64,000 nt of DNA from Octopus sinensis (Eukaryota). The position numbers and the translations under genes were made by a program. Location of the stretch: NCBI RefSeq assembly GCF_006345805.1, contig NC_043002.1:29388001-29452000 (forward strand), given 5' to 3'. This document shows positions 28,712 through 41,953 of the stretch, in pieces. How positions within the stretch are numbered: position 1 is the stretch's first letter; every line of letters starts with the position of its first letter. A model generated the notes under the pieces. That model was not told the DNA's origin and did no database searches. It saw nothing but the letters and a program-made list of their open reading frames with translations.

Positions 28712-29112
28712 CGATGATGATGATGATGATGATGATGATGTTGATGATGATGGTGGTGGTGGTGGTGGTGGTGGTGGTGATGATGTCGATGATAAAGTTG
28801 ATGTTAGGGGTGACGATGATAATCACTATGACACTGATGGCTATGATGATGATGATGATGATGATGATGAAATTTCTCTAAGGTGGCAATAGATAATTGG
28901 TTGTTATCGAAGTGAAATATGAGCTTCCGTCTGCCGCCACCCTTCCTTTTCCCTCACACTATAACCACCAACTCCTCTTTCTTCTACTACGGCACATTTA
29001 TATGACCAGATATTATCATCATCAGCTCAGGTACTGATGGGCATTAAGGTAGCGCCATTTTCTACTGGTAAGGTGATAGATATCGTGTTGGTTATAATAA
29101 TGGCTATGATTT

Positions 29113-29209
<97 letters not shown>

Positions 29210-29440
29210 ACTACTACTACTACTACTAGCGGTGGTAGTAGTAGTAGTATTATTAGTAGTAGTAGTATCAACAACTGCAGCAACAACAGCAGCTTTAGCA
29301 ACAGCAGCTGTGTTAGTATTAGTATTAGTAGTAGCTGTAGATGTAGTAATGGTGATGTTGATGGTGATGGTGATGTTGGTGGTGGTAGCGATAGCAGTAC
29401 TACTACTAGTAGTAGTAATAGTCTTAGTAGTATTTTGATA
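28330..29440. repeat. Trinucleotide repeat field (GAT/AAT/GGT/CTA) including a 171-bp internal tandem duplication
   Basis: ATAAAGTTGATGTTAGGGGTGACGATGATAATCACTATGA occurs at 28621 and 28792. Confidence 0.9.
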
Positions 29441-30084
29441 GTCATGCAGTGACCTTTTGATATCAGTTCGGCCATTGTGTGATGACAGAAGATCCAACCA
29501 TGACCAGCTCTGATTATTGGTATTTTTTAGCAGCATTCATAATTTTTCTTTATTTAAGATGATATTTAGGTGAAATTTGGCTGCTATTGCTATGGAGTTC
29601 AACGGGCCACGTAGAAACTTTTGGCTAAGTTTGGGTTAACTATATTTGCTGCTGTTTAATTGCATGTCAGCCCTGAAGATGCAAACCTATCGTCTGAACA
29701 TTTCACCGACAACCAACTCGGCTTCATTTTAGACATCTAGAACTGCGAAATCCTGTGCAGCTTATTTCTTTTTAAGACATTAAGATGAAAATTGACGGAG
29801 ATATGACCGATAGTTCTAACAGATCAAGCGTCTACGAAAATATAAACTATCTGATCCAATATATCCGTTTATGGGCTAGCCAGTTTGGAGCAATCTCAAG
29901 TATAATCAGCCGAAATTGCGAAGATAATCTGGTACTTGACTGAGGAAATAAAACTTCGTATGACCCGTCCTTGTTTTTTTTTTGGTATTGTCTATCTGGA
30001 TGTTTTGTTGTCCCATTTTGTATTTTTTATCTATCTATCTATCTATATTGTGAATTCTCCCCCACCTCACTATATATATATATA

Positions 30085-30391
30085 TATATATACCAATTAA
30101 GGACTGAACACGAAAAGTGGACAGTCAACATGCTAGATATAGACGTCAAATCGCCATTCTCCACAAAAGATTATGTTCTCAAATCAAACTCAGCACAAAA
30201 CCGAAGCAATAAACAAGTGAAAATATACGAAATAAAATAATTACCCATGTACTGTTCACTTGTTTATTGCTTCAGTTTTGTGCTGAGTTTGATTTGAGAA
30301 CATAATCTTTTGTGGAGAATGGCGATTTGACGTCTATATCTAGCATGTTGTCTGTCCACTTTTCGTGTTCAGTCCTTAATTGGTATATATA
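30085..30391. repeat. Near-perfect long inverted repeat (137-bp arms, 33-nt loop)
   Basis: Arm 30085-30221 equals the reverse complement of 30255-30391 except for 2 mismatches. Confidence 0.95.
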
Positions 30392-30517
30392 AATATTTTA
30401 ATCTTCGGATTCTTTTTTTAATATGCTAGACCACTGGTTTTAATTGATAATATCAATTTCTACCCTTAATTAATTTTATATATATATATATATATATTGT
30501 GAATTCTCTCACCACCT

Positions 30518-30623
<106 letters not shown>

Positions 30624-31617
30624 GTAGTGGGTTGATTTAAGGTGTTGATGCTCATAAGAGGGAGTTAATAAAGATAAGTGTTTTAAATTTTGGCAAAAGC
30701 TAGAAATTCTGTTAGGGAAGGGTCTTGCTGAATGACTTACTACAGTGCTCTATTGGTTCTTCTTTATAACAACCACGAAAGGCTGAAAGGCGAAGCTAAC
30801 CAAGGCAGGATCTCTACTGAGTACGTAAAGATTCCGGAAGAAATGCATCTGAACGATTTTACAGACGCGCAACGTTTCAGCCAGTTCGCTGTCTTAAGTT
30901 GATAATAATGACGGTGGTGACAGTGATGTCACCACCGGAACAATAGCGTTAATAGTGGTTGTCCCTTTTGGTATTCTAAGTGACAGTGCAGATGATGCGT
31001 TGTGGCACTGATAAATGTAACCGGTTTCTGTCTTATTGACGTTGCTTATTGTCATTGTAACTGTCGATTAACCCTCAAATCTTCCTTGCCCGACATCACC
31101 TACGACCGCCTCGCTTTTTTCCGGAATAAGATACTTTCGATTACATTATCCACTGCAGTGTTTCCCAAACATTTTCCCCCAGCCATCTTTGTTTTTTCAG
31201 TACCAAACTGTACTTTTAGATAATATAGGTTCAAGTCTTGCCGAGGTCAACTTTGCCTTTCATTATTTCAGGGTCGAAAATTTAAGGTACCAGTTAAATT
31301 TTTGAGATAAGTGGTAATCGAATTTAAAATAAACCTAAACAATTTTATTTTTCTCCTTAGAAAGATACATAGTATGAATAAAAGGGAATAACTATAAATA
31401 GCACAAATTATTTATTAATATAATCAAAAGGTGAGGGCGGCGGAAAAAAATGTTTAACATCATTCATTTGTACATTGCATTCTAAGCTCTCAAATGCTGT
31501 CGGGGCCGATTTTGCTTTCGTCCATTCAGGGTCGATTTAATCGGCTTGCACCCTCCCCGACAATTGCTACACTTGCGCAAAAATTTGAAACTGTTATGAG
31601 TAAGATATAATTGTAAG

Positions 31618-31947
31618 TAGCTGACCCCGTACCGTCAAAAATGACAGCGAATTGTAGTACTTTAGAGTTGAAACACTGTTTGTTTTTTTTTTTCAGCGTT
31701 TAATGTTCACCATCCCACTTCCATTGCACACACATACACACACACACAAACACACACACACACACAAACACAAACACTCAGACACACACGCATTCACATA
31801 CCTTCCTTTTTACATATACACACATTCTCACACTGAAACGCTCCTACTACCATTTTGCCATCACTCCTTCCTTTCTTATTCAACTATCACCCCTTCCTTT
31901 CTCATTCATGTGTTGTGACGGAGAAAATCACAACAGTATTATTATAG
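31618..31947 (+). mobile_element. Helitron-like (DINE/HINE-type) non-autonomous element, copy 1
   Basis: It starts with 5' TAGCTGACCCCGT, has an internal (CA)n tract, a 3' hairpin TGTGA-cggagaaaa-TCACA and a terminal ATTATAG. It is homologous to 38728-39286. The superfamily is inferred from this architecture. Confidence 0.55.
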
Positions 31948-32149
31948 CAGATTCCTCCGGCTAATGACCAGCAGAATTTGTCTTTCTTTTCTTTTACCAT
32001 GATTCTTTCCAAATTTCATCAAAGATGCGTAAATCTCACTTCGTTGTATTCTAATGAGTTGAGATTTATAACTGTAAAATGATTTTAGGGAAATTCAGCT
32101 GCTATTTCTAGACGGGTGAGTGACCACACAGAGACTGACTCGTTGGTTT

Positions 32150-32744
32150 GATGCTTGTATTGTTCTTTGCTTGGAGTGTTAGTGTTGCTATGATTGTTGG
32201 TGAGAGCATCCATGTTGCCAGGATTGTTGTTAACGCGATTGTCATTGTAATGTTTACTATTGCTTTCGTTATTGTTACTATTGCTGCAGTTTTTGAATCA
32301 ATTTTCCTCCTAAGAATACTTTTACAGGGGTGGGCAGATTTTTTTATAGAAATTGCTAATTATGTAGTAGCGGTTGTAGTTGTTTAGTTGTTGCAGTCCT
32401 TGAGATGTATTTGTTGACGCTTAAATGGCTGACTAAAACGAAATGAAAACAATATTGACGATGCTGATGTTGATGATGATGACGAGGAGGAGAAGGATGA
32501 GATGGTGATGATGACGGTGTTGATGATGAGGATCGTTGTAAGGGTGAAGGGGAGTGGATGATTACAGTGGTAGTTGTCTGGAAATACAATAATAATAATA
32601 ACCAGCATTTGAATGGAGGTGATGATGGGGCTGATGAAGTTATTAGCAGTTATGGTGATGATGGTTGAAGTGAAATGCTGTAAGGGGTTAGGTTGATGCT
32701 GGTAGTGGTGGTGGTGGTAGTGATGGTGGTGATGATGATGATGG

Positions 32745-32798
<54 letters not shown>

Positions 32799-33529
32799 CG
32801 TTGATGATGATTACGATGATGATGATTATTTTTATGATGATGATTACGATGATAATGATGATGATGATTACGATGATGATGATGATGATTACAATGATGA
32901 TGATGATGATAAGGATTATGTGGGCTGATTTTTGCGGTGACGATGAGAAAAAAAAAAGCAATAATGGCGATATCTGCAGAATGGAAAGCTGATGGTTGTT
33001 GTAATGGTGATAATGGTAGTGAGATCAAAATCATGATGTTAGAGGTCTTGAAAACCCTGGCAACGGTGATAATAGTGATGATGATAATAGTGATGATGAT
33101 TCTGCCGCCTCTACTGCTGCTGCTGCCACTGATGATGATGATGATGATGATGATGATGACTTTGATGCCGATTCCGAGGGTATTAAACGTTATGATATAT
33201 TGCGTTGAGGGTGGTGGAGGCAGAGGCGATAGTAATTGATTATGATGATGGTGTGGACGGGTATTACGATAAAGATGATGAGAACGATAGCAATGATTAC
33301 GGCGATGATGTTGGCAACGTTGGAGGATATGACGACGATGTTGATGTTGATGTTGACGATGACGGTAATGAGCTTGACGATGATAACAATGATATAATGA
33401 TGACGACGATAACGATGGCAACGGCAACGATGGTGGTGCTGATGCCGAGGATGACGATGATGACGATGATGACGATGATTATCATCATCATCATCATCAT
33501 CATTATCATCATCATCATCATCATCATCA

Positions 33530-33590
<61 letters not shown>

Positions 33591-33642
33591 CATCATCATC
33601 ATCATTATTATTATTATTATTATTATTATATTATTATTATTA

Positions 33643-33700
<58 letters not shown>

Positions 33701-34154
33701 TGGTGCTTGTGTTTGTTGCGGCATTTCTGTTGGTTGACATAGACACTATTTCCTGATAAAGCGAACACTGTGACGCGCTTCTCGTTGTTTGAAGCACTTG
33801 CAAATGTTGCTGTTGTTGTTGTGGTTGTGGATGTTATTGAAGGTTATTATGATGATTAATGCTTTTGTTGTTATTGCTGTGGCTACCGTAGTTGTTGCCT
33901 TCGTTATTGTGAACATTGTTGTTGTTGCTGTTATCGTTGGCTTGGACGTTATTCGTTGTTATAATAATGGATAGCTTTTTGTGGCTGTGCTTGCACTTGA
34001 CATAATGTTATTGGCTGTTAGCGTTATAATTAATGGTTCTGATACAGTAGCAGCAGTAGTAGTAGTAGCCGTAGTGGTAGTAGTAGTAATTGTTGTTGTT
34101 GTTTTGTTATTCATGCTGCATTATTGAGTGTGAGCACAATAAATTATGCTACTC

Positions 34155-34212
<58 letters not shown>

Positions 34213-34220
34213 TTATTATT
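32150..34220. repeat. Trinucleotide repeat field (GAT/CAT/ATT)
   Basis: Degenerate (GAT)n, (CAT)n and (ATT)n runs; this field is the source of the 347-aa pseudo-ORF. Confidence 0.9.
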
Positions 34221-34223
34221 TCT

Positions 34224-34435
34224 AAGGTGGTGAGCTGGTAGAATTGTTAGCACGCCGGACAAAATTCTGAGCAGCATTCTTCTGGTTTTACACTGTGAGT
34301 TCAAATGCCGCTGTGGAGTTGATAAGATAAATATCAATTGAGTAACTTTAGAGTTGATGAAATAAGTACCGTTTTAGTACCGGCTTTCATATAACTATTT
34401 GAGCATGCGACCCCACTCCCCACAAAATTTCAAAC
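34224..34435 (+). mobile_element. SINE family B, alternative tail, next to (ATT)n
   Basis: Head AAGGTGGTGAGCTGGTAGAA directly after an (ATT)n run. Confidence 0.75.
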
Positions 34436-35108
34436 TTTGGCACGGAAGTGCCGTTTGCTGACCATTCCGAGATGCGCGTAGGACGACGAGACGGTCCTGC
34501 ATGCACTCTTCCAGTGCCCGAGCATTGCTCACCTGTGAGTTTATGTCAAACATCTGCTGTCGCGTATGGGACGTATCCGGCTGTCAAATGAGCACATCGT
34601 GAAGAACAGCCCGCCGCTTTTATTTAACCGGAAAGGAAAGGCTGTTTTAATATGCCTGGTGGCCATGGCGAAACAAGTTGTGTGGTGGACGAGATTGAAG
34701 AGCTGAAGGAAAATCCTTTTCTCTTTCGTCAGTCCATGATGATCTTCAAGTTTCACTTGAAACGGATAATAAGGATAGAGAGGGAAGTGTTGTCTTCTAG
34801 TCAGTTTACTGAAAGGTGGATGGAAGTGGCGAGAATGGTGCGAGTGAACGGGCTTGCCCTGAGCATACGCCTGTATTTGGAAAAAGGAAAGGAAACGAAA
34901 AAAAGGCACCTGCCCAAGAGTCAGGGCAGCAATGGTTTTTATGGGGATTTTTCTATGAGCACCCCTCGAACGTCTCCTCCCTATTGAGGATTACAAATTG
35001 TTGTTCCCTTTTTTTCACTGACAGACATTCAGATACACATTTTTTGTTTTGTCCTTTTGCTGTCCATAATGTTTTTCTTCATGTAAACTCTTGCGGTTAA
35101 TAAAAAAA
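34435..35108 (+). mobile_element. Tx1/L1-type LINE 3' fragment (C-terminal Cys/His motif, 3' UTR, A tail)
   Basis: PRCA*DDETVLHALFQCPSIAHL*..CLVAMAKQVVWWTRLK.. and FKFHLKRIIRIEREVLSSSQFTERW form a zf-RVT-like C..ET..H.LF.C motif with stops. The fragment ends in AATAAAAAAA. Confidence 0.85.
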
Positions 35109-35430
35109 TCATTATTATCATCAAAAATCTCATCCTTATTTTCCTGGATATGAATGGAAAGTGTCAGCTGTCCTAAGCCAGCAAACTAAGGTGGCATTTG
35201 CTTACTGATCATGTTTCAAGAACCCTGCGACAAATGATATTCGTTTCAATCTTTTTGAGGATCGTGTTGGTGGTTATGTAATACGTCTGCCTTCTTCATT
35301 GTCCACAACTGGCGTATTTCCCACTTCAATTCATCAGATTCGGAAGTTCTCTTCAATATCTTCATGATCATAATCATCACGATCACCACCACCACAGCCA
35401 CCACCACCACCATCCTCCTCCTCCTCCTCC

Positions 35431-35465
<35 letters not shown>

Positions 35466-36666
35466 GTAAATATTAAGGCGGTGAACTGGCAGAGTCGTTA
35501 GCACACCAAACAAAATGCTCAGCAGCATTTCGTCCGGTTTTACGTTCAAATTCTGCCGAGGTGGATTTCATTCTCTCAGGGTCGAATAAATAAGCAAATT
35601 CACGGAACTTGTTTGTAAATGCAAGGTTAGCTGATTAGAAACTGTCCAACATATATTCTTGATATAAAATATTGGATCATGATGTTTACAGCGTTTATGT
35701 TCATATTCAAAAATTGTGTCGTATGTTTTTTTGTCTGAAAAATGTTTTGTTGATTAAACGGTTACGCTACAATTTTCATGCAAAAAAAGTTACTTGTGGT
35801 GTTACTAATATATTCGGAGTTTATGGAGACATCTCGTTCCGTATTTTATTCTGGGTGCATTTTGATCTTGTAGTAATGCTATATGCAGTGTCTATTGTTC
35901 TATTATGCATGTAGTGTGTGTGAATATGTGTAACTTAGGAAAATATTCCAATAGTCAAAGAGGCCTTAGAATCTGGCACTTAGCACTGAGTTTACTGTCT
36001 CGATAACAACCATCATTAAACTAGCATCGAAGTGATCAACTGGGGGAAACTATTTAGTAAATTACTCTGCAACATAGGGTGACTTACAAAAATTTACACA
36101 AGTTCATTTCAAATAGAGACAAATTACTGTCATTACTTACCATAATATACTTAAAATAAGTCAGGATGGTTTAGCTTCAGTGCTTGTGATACCTCTAAGG
36201 TTCGGGTTATTTTACTAGATGTAACAGGAGGTCCAGTATAATTTTTTTGTTTACTTGAGATGCATTTACTGATTTATTTACAGTGTGTATTATATTATAC
36301 TGTAATATAGGAGAAACATTGATATAGGATGTATGGCGCGTTTTTTTCCCCTCTAAGTTGAAAACTCCGTCTTCAAGGGAATACAGGCAGAAATAGGCTT
36401 GCATTGCTTAAGTACTCTGTCCCTATAATACAGTACTAATTGCAGAAACACACACACACACACATATCGACAGAGAGACATATAAGTAGATATATTGACA
36501 GATAGATATACGATAGATACCGTTTGAAATACTGTGAAATAGCATGTTAAATTCAACAGTAAATGTTAAAAATTTAGTTGTTTATTTAAATAAAGTTATT
36601 AATTCAATTATCCTGTATTAAAATCCTTCAAAGGACACTTCGTCAATGTCGTGATCATCATCATCC

Positions 36667-36714
<48 letters not shown>

Positions 36715-36719
36715 CCACC

Positions 36720-36765
<46 letters not shown>

Positions 36766-37702
36766 CTATCTCCATATGTAGCATCAGAATTTCTCCAATT
36801 ACATCTGTGATAGATTTGATACTGAACACTCATACAGATTAATCTCTGAATTAGTTGACGTGGCATCAGTTTCTGCTTCCTTCCCACCATCTTCTCGAAA
36901 GCACGTCATTCTCTGTACCATCCATTCAATTAGAAATGCTACACTTTATAAAAGTCTTCGGGAATGATTCTAAATTAATATCATCCCTCGTTTTGACAAG
37001 TAAAAGCAAGCAAATTAACAAGTATCTTTCGACAAATTTTCTTGTTCACTTTTTGCTTTTTTTTTTTTAGAATTCACCACGCTATTTTGTGCGACCTTTT
37101 GTAGTACACAGATTTTCCAAACAATCTGTTGATGAAAACAAACTGTACGCTTTATCATTTCTCCATAATTGCAAGGGTGGGTTATAAAGTAATGCAATTT
37201 TCATTTAACATAACCTATTTATTCACTCACATATGACAATTTCCATACAACATCTATACTTGATATGCTAAAAATATCATACTAAATACATTGTTTGAAT
37301 ACAACAAAATTCGCTTCTAATGGTGGAAAAATAATGACATTTCGGTCTTTTTCCTGCCTCAGGCAAACCTAACGCACGACCAACGAGGAGTTATATCGGA
37401 TTTACTATCAAAATTTTCCGAAGAAGCCCACATCAATTTCCATGTATTCTGGATTCTAATTTTATATTAAACTGAGGTAGATATGTGGAATTGCGTGTAA
37501 ATATCCAGGTTCAATTTTGGGACATGTCTGATAAATAAAATTTTGAAATTTTGAAGATGAAATCAGGGGTCAGCATCCACCCTGTTATAACACACCCATA
37601 TTCCTTTCTGATCTTCCATAGAATACTGTATTCATGCATATACAGTTGACTGCATACGTGTATATACCTACATACACACACACACACACACACACAACAC
37701 AC

Positions 37703-37743
<41 letters not shown>

Positions 37744-38145
37744 CATGCATACATATGTGCTTGTGTGTGCTTATGTGTTATACTATTGAAAGGTTGACAG
37801 GGATTTCGAAGATTCGGAACTAATGTATGCATTTTAATTGTAAAAATAAAATAAATATTTCTTTGATCCAACATAGCCACACCCTTTAGGCTGAAACAAG
37901 TTACAGAAAAAAAGGAATGATACTAAACTGAAATACATTAAGCGATCCTTAAAATGTTGATTCTTGTTACATATTGTTTTGTGGAGATCATATGATTTTT
38001 AACTCTTATAAACTTTCGAGATAACGTCAAAAGTTCATTTTTAAAACAATGGATCATGAAGCACATAAAACTATATGTGCCTTGCAATCCACTGTTAACG
38101 CAAATAATTGTAGACATACATACATACATACACACACATATATGT

Positions 38146-38468
38146 GAAGGTGCATGGCTCAGTGGTTAGAGCGTTTAGCTTACGGTCGTGAGGTTGCGAG
38201 TTCGAATCCCGGACCAGGCTGCGTGTTGTTTTTCTTGAGCATGACACTTTATTTCCCGTTGCTCCACGTTGCTCCAGTTCACTCAGCTGTAGAAATGAGC
38301 TGCGACGTCAATGATGCCAAGCTATATCTGCTGTTGCCTTTCCCTTGGATAACATTGGTGGCGTGGAGAGTGTAGGCTGATATGCATGGGCGACTGCTGG
38401 TCTTCCATAAAAAAACCTTGCCCGGACTTGTGCCTGGAAGGGTAACTTTCCAGGTGCAATCCCACGAT
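38146..38468 (+). mobile_element. SINE family D, full length (other copies 11050-11315 and 48630-48892, both minus)
   Basis: tRNA-like head GGTGCATGGCTCAGTGGTTAGAGCG..GGTTGCGAGTTCGAATCC, body CTTGAGCATGACACTTTATTTC, and tail GGCGACTGCTGGTCTTCCATAA. Confidence 0.85.
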
Positions 38469-38727
38469 CAGTCATGTATGTATGTATGTGTGTGTGTATG
38501 TATGTATGTATGTATGTATGTTATGTAATGTATGTATGTATGTGTATGTGTTTGTGTGTGTATGTATGTGTTAGTGTGTCCTGCATTGACCCAAAAGTTG
38601 CTGTTTAACCTTAATTTATTCTTTGTTTATGTCGTTTGCGACCAATGACGCTCCATCCTTGACCACTATGTATTCTTAAGAGACGTCTAAGAGTACAGAA
38701 TCTAGTCACATGCATTATTAAATACTA

Positions 38728-39286
38728 TTAGTTGACGTGGCATCAGTTTCTGCTTCCTTCCCACCATCTTCTCGAAAGCACGTCATTCTCTGTACCATCC
38801 CGTGTCCTCAGAAATGACAGCTAACTGTAGTATTTTATATATAATTAAGGTGCAAAATAAAGTACATGATAATCACAGACACAGATATTCACATACTTCA
38901 TTTGTATACGCACACACATAGACACATATACTCACACAGAGTTGAAACGCTGTTTGATTTTTCTTTTCAGCGTTGAATGATCCCCATCACGCTTCCATTG
39001 CATACACACACACACACACACACAAACAAACAAACAACCAAACAAACAAACACACACACACATACGCACACACATACACAAATATTCCCATAACTCTTTT
39101 TTACATACACACGCATTAACTCAGATAGAGTTGAAACGCTGTTTGATTATTTTTTCCACCGTACAATTTCCATCATCCCACTACCAAATTTGCCATTACC
39201 CCTTCCTCACTTTCTTATTCACCTATCACCTCTTCCTTTACCATTCATATGCTGTGACGGAGAAAAACACAAGAGTATTATTGTAG
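38728..39286 (+). mobile_element. Helitron-like non-autonomous element, copy 2, with a 62-bp insertion and an internal duplication
   Basis: It shares TAG(C/T)TGAC, CCCGT..TCA.AAATGACAGC, GAGTTGAAAC.CTGTTTG (present twice here) and TGTGACGGAGAAAA.CACAA.AGTATTATT with copy 1. Confidence 0.55.
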
Positions 39287-39589
39287 TATATTATATAGCT
39301 TCTAATCTTGTACCCGATGCACTAATAACAGAACTTGATTGAGTTGTACTCAGGTCATCTTTACCTTTCATCCTTTCGGGGTCGATAAATTAAGTACCAG
39401 TTGCGTACTGGGGTCGATCTAGTCGACCGGTCCCTCTTTCCAAAAATTTCGGGCCTTGTGCCTAGAGTAGAAAGGAAAAGATTATAAATTACCATTTATG
39501 GAAATAGAATAGGTTGTCAAATAAGAAAAATTAAAATAGTACTCTGTGCAATGTCTTTTATATTCCAAAAGAATGGATACAGACTGAAT

Positions 39590-39626
<37 letters not shown>

Positions 39627-39669
39627 GAGAGAGGGGGGGAGAGAGAAAGAGAGAGAGAAAGAGAGAGAT

Positions 39670-39790
39670 CTACGGCTTTTTGTTCGACGAAAAATGAGTG
39701 AAATTGTTCAAATAGGATACGCTCGAAAACTTTGTATGCTTTAAGACTACTACACAACGATGTATTGCAATGCTGTTGCATTTCTGTGAT
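39670..39790 (-). mobile_element. Possible short LINE RT remnant
   Basis: KVFERILFEQFHSFF resembles the RT motif that follows NYRPISL (KVFERII.nQl..yF). The match is short and could be chance. Confidence 0.3.
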
Positions 39791-40145
39791 TTCACAACGG
39801 AGTACTGCATTTTGGAACGAGATGAACTCAAAGTTCTGAGTACCATCATTCAATCTGAATGTGAATATACAAGTGTCAGAATTTCCTATGAGTCAGAGAT
39901 TTTCAAACGAAAATAGCCGCTTCTTTTGTTGCGCAGTTCTTGGAACAATGACGAGATCCTAGGTCCAAACTTGCGTAGTAATTAGGGCTGACTTGGTGTT
40001 AAGAAACAAAATTATTATAAGTTCAGACCTAAGCTACAATACATATACAGAACGTATGAATGTTATAGTTTACTGCTGTTAGTGACTATCAACCAACAAC
40101 AGCAGTAGTAGTGGTGGTGGTGGTTGTGGTGGTGGTGGTGGTGGC

Positions 40146-40185
<40 letters not shown>

Positions 40186-41210
40186 CAAGTGGGAGCGGAC
40201 TGTATAAAGCAGCGAAGAGACTTAAGAAAACTAAGGGGAGATAAACAGTGTAAGCGACTTCAGAAGATGAGCGACGTCAAAGGCGCAAGACAGAAAAAGA
40301 AGAATGCGAAATCATTTGTTGTAGTGCCAATGATAATAATGATAATAACGATAATGATAATAATACTAATACACTCACACACACATGCACACAGACATAT
40401 AATGATTTTGTTATTTTAGCTTTCCGCATTATTAATATAACAAGAAATATATAAATGTTGGAATAAAAAGCGCTCAAGAAGAGACCGAATGAATATGAGA
40501 GATATATCGCTAGGAAGACTCCCACAGTAATATCACCTAAAGCAATAACTACACAGACATATAAGACGTAGAATTTCACCTCCACTCACATTACCACCGT
40601 CACCACCACAAGCAATAAGAACAAAAACAACAATATCAGAAGGAGCAGGACCAAAAACAAAATCTAAGACGGGAAAATAAAGAATCGACGCAACAACAAA
40701 TGAAAGAAAGCAACCTTAAGGTTAAGCAATCATTTGCTAAGAATAAAACCCACTCGGAAGTTGGCCATCTGGTGCAGAAAAAATTCTTCAAAATGGCCGC
40801 CAAGACTTTAAAGGCTCATAGTTTCTGTCTCCCTCTTACTCTCATTAAGCCTCCCTTCTTTCTTCTTACAATGAAATCACGCAGCCTCTTTCACAAGCCA
40901 ACGCATCTCCACAATGTAACCATTGGCTTGTGAAATGAGGTGAAATCAGATTGATCACATGGGATTCACGTGGTCGGATTTTCTCTCTTGCAAACCCGCC
41001 GCGTAAAGTGGAGGTGGTTTGGCACACAGGCTATGGCTGCTATGCATTTGATTGCGCGTGCATAGGCAGGCTTATACAAAGTGTGGTGTTTATGTTATAT
41101 AGAAAATAAGTGCCAAAGGCTTATGTTTGGCTGGTTGGATGCCTTATGTATATGGCAAATACAGAAGGTCGTAAGCAATACACAAACAATATATACATTT
41201 TTATATTATG

Positions 41211-41267
<57 letters not shown>

Positions 41268-41763
41268 TGCATGTATGAATGTATGTATGTATGAATCTAT
41301 ATATGTATGTATATATGTATGTTTGTAATTAACTTCATGCGTGTATATGAACCAATATTCGTTCATGATACAATATTTCTATTATATATGCCTGTGTACA
41401 AGTGTGTTGGTTCTTCGTATGTTTGTGCATGCATATGTATAAAATATGTACCATGCACATACTGAAGAGGCTACCGGCTTTCTACTCATGTATTTATCTA
41501 CCTATCTCTATGCATATACCTAACTAGGTTGTCATCTATGTATTAACATATTTATTTATCTTTAGATCTGCCTTTCTGTGCATCTATCTACCTACTTCGC
41601 TAATGCTTACACACATGAACTCATACACATACACACAGACTAACCTCCCAAATATTATATATATATGTTATACATATATACGTATATCTATCTATCTATC
41701 AATCTATCTATCTATCTATCTATCTATCTATTTATTTATCTATCTATCTATCTATCTATTTAT

Positions 41764-41799
<36 letters not shown>

Positions 41800-41850
41800 A
41801 TATATATCATTTCATCTAGTTTCAACTCACGAGCTGTGGCCATGCTGGGG

Positions 41851-41883
<33 letters not shown>

Positions 41884-41891
41884 TATATAAT

Positions 41892-41953
<62 letters not shown>

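Noticed and set aside
32384-33427. 347-aa ORF and similar poly-H/I/M/D/L ORFs (28381-28881, 29027-29536, 33205-33756)
   Set aside because: These are translations of trinucleotide microsatellites that are open in several frames on both strands, with no domain or splice support.
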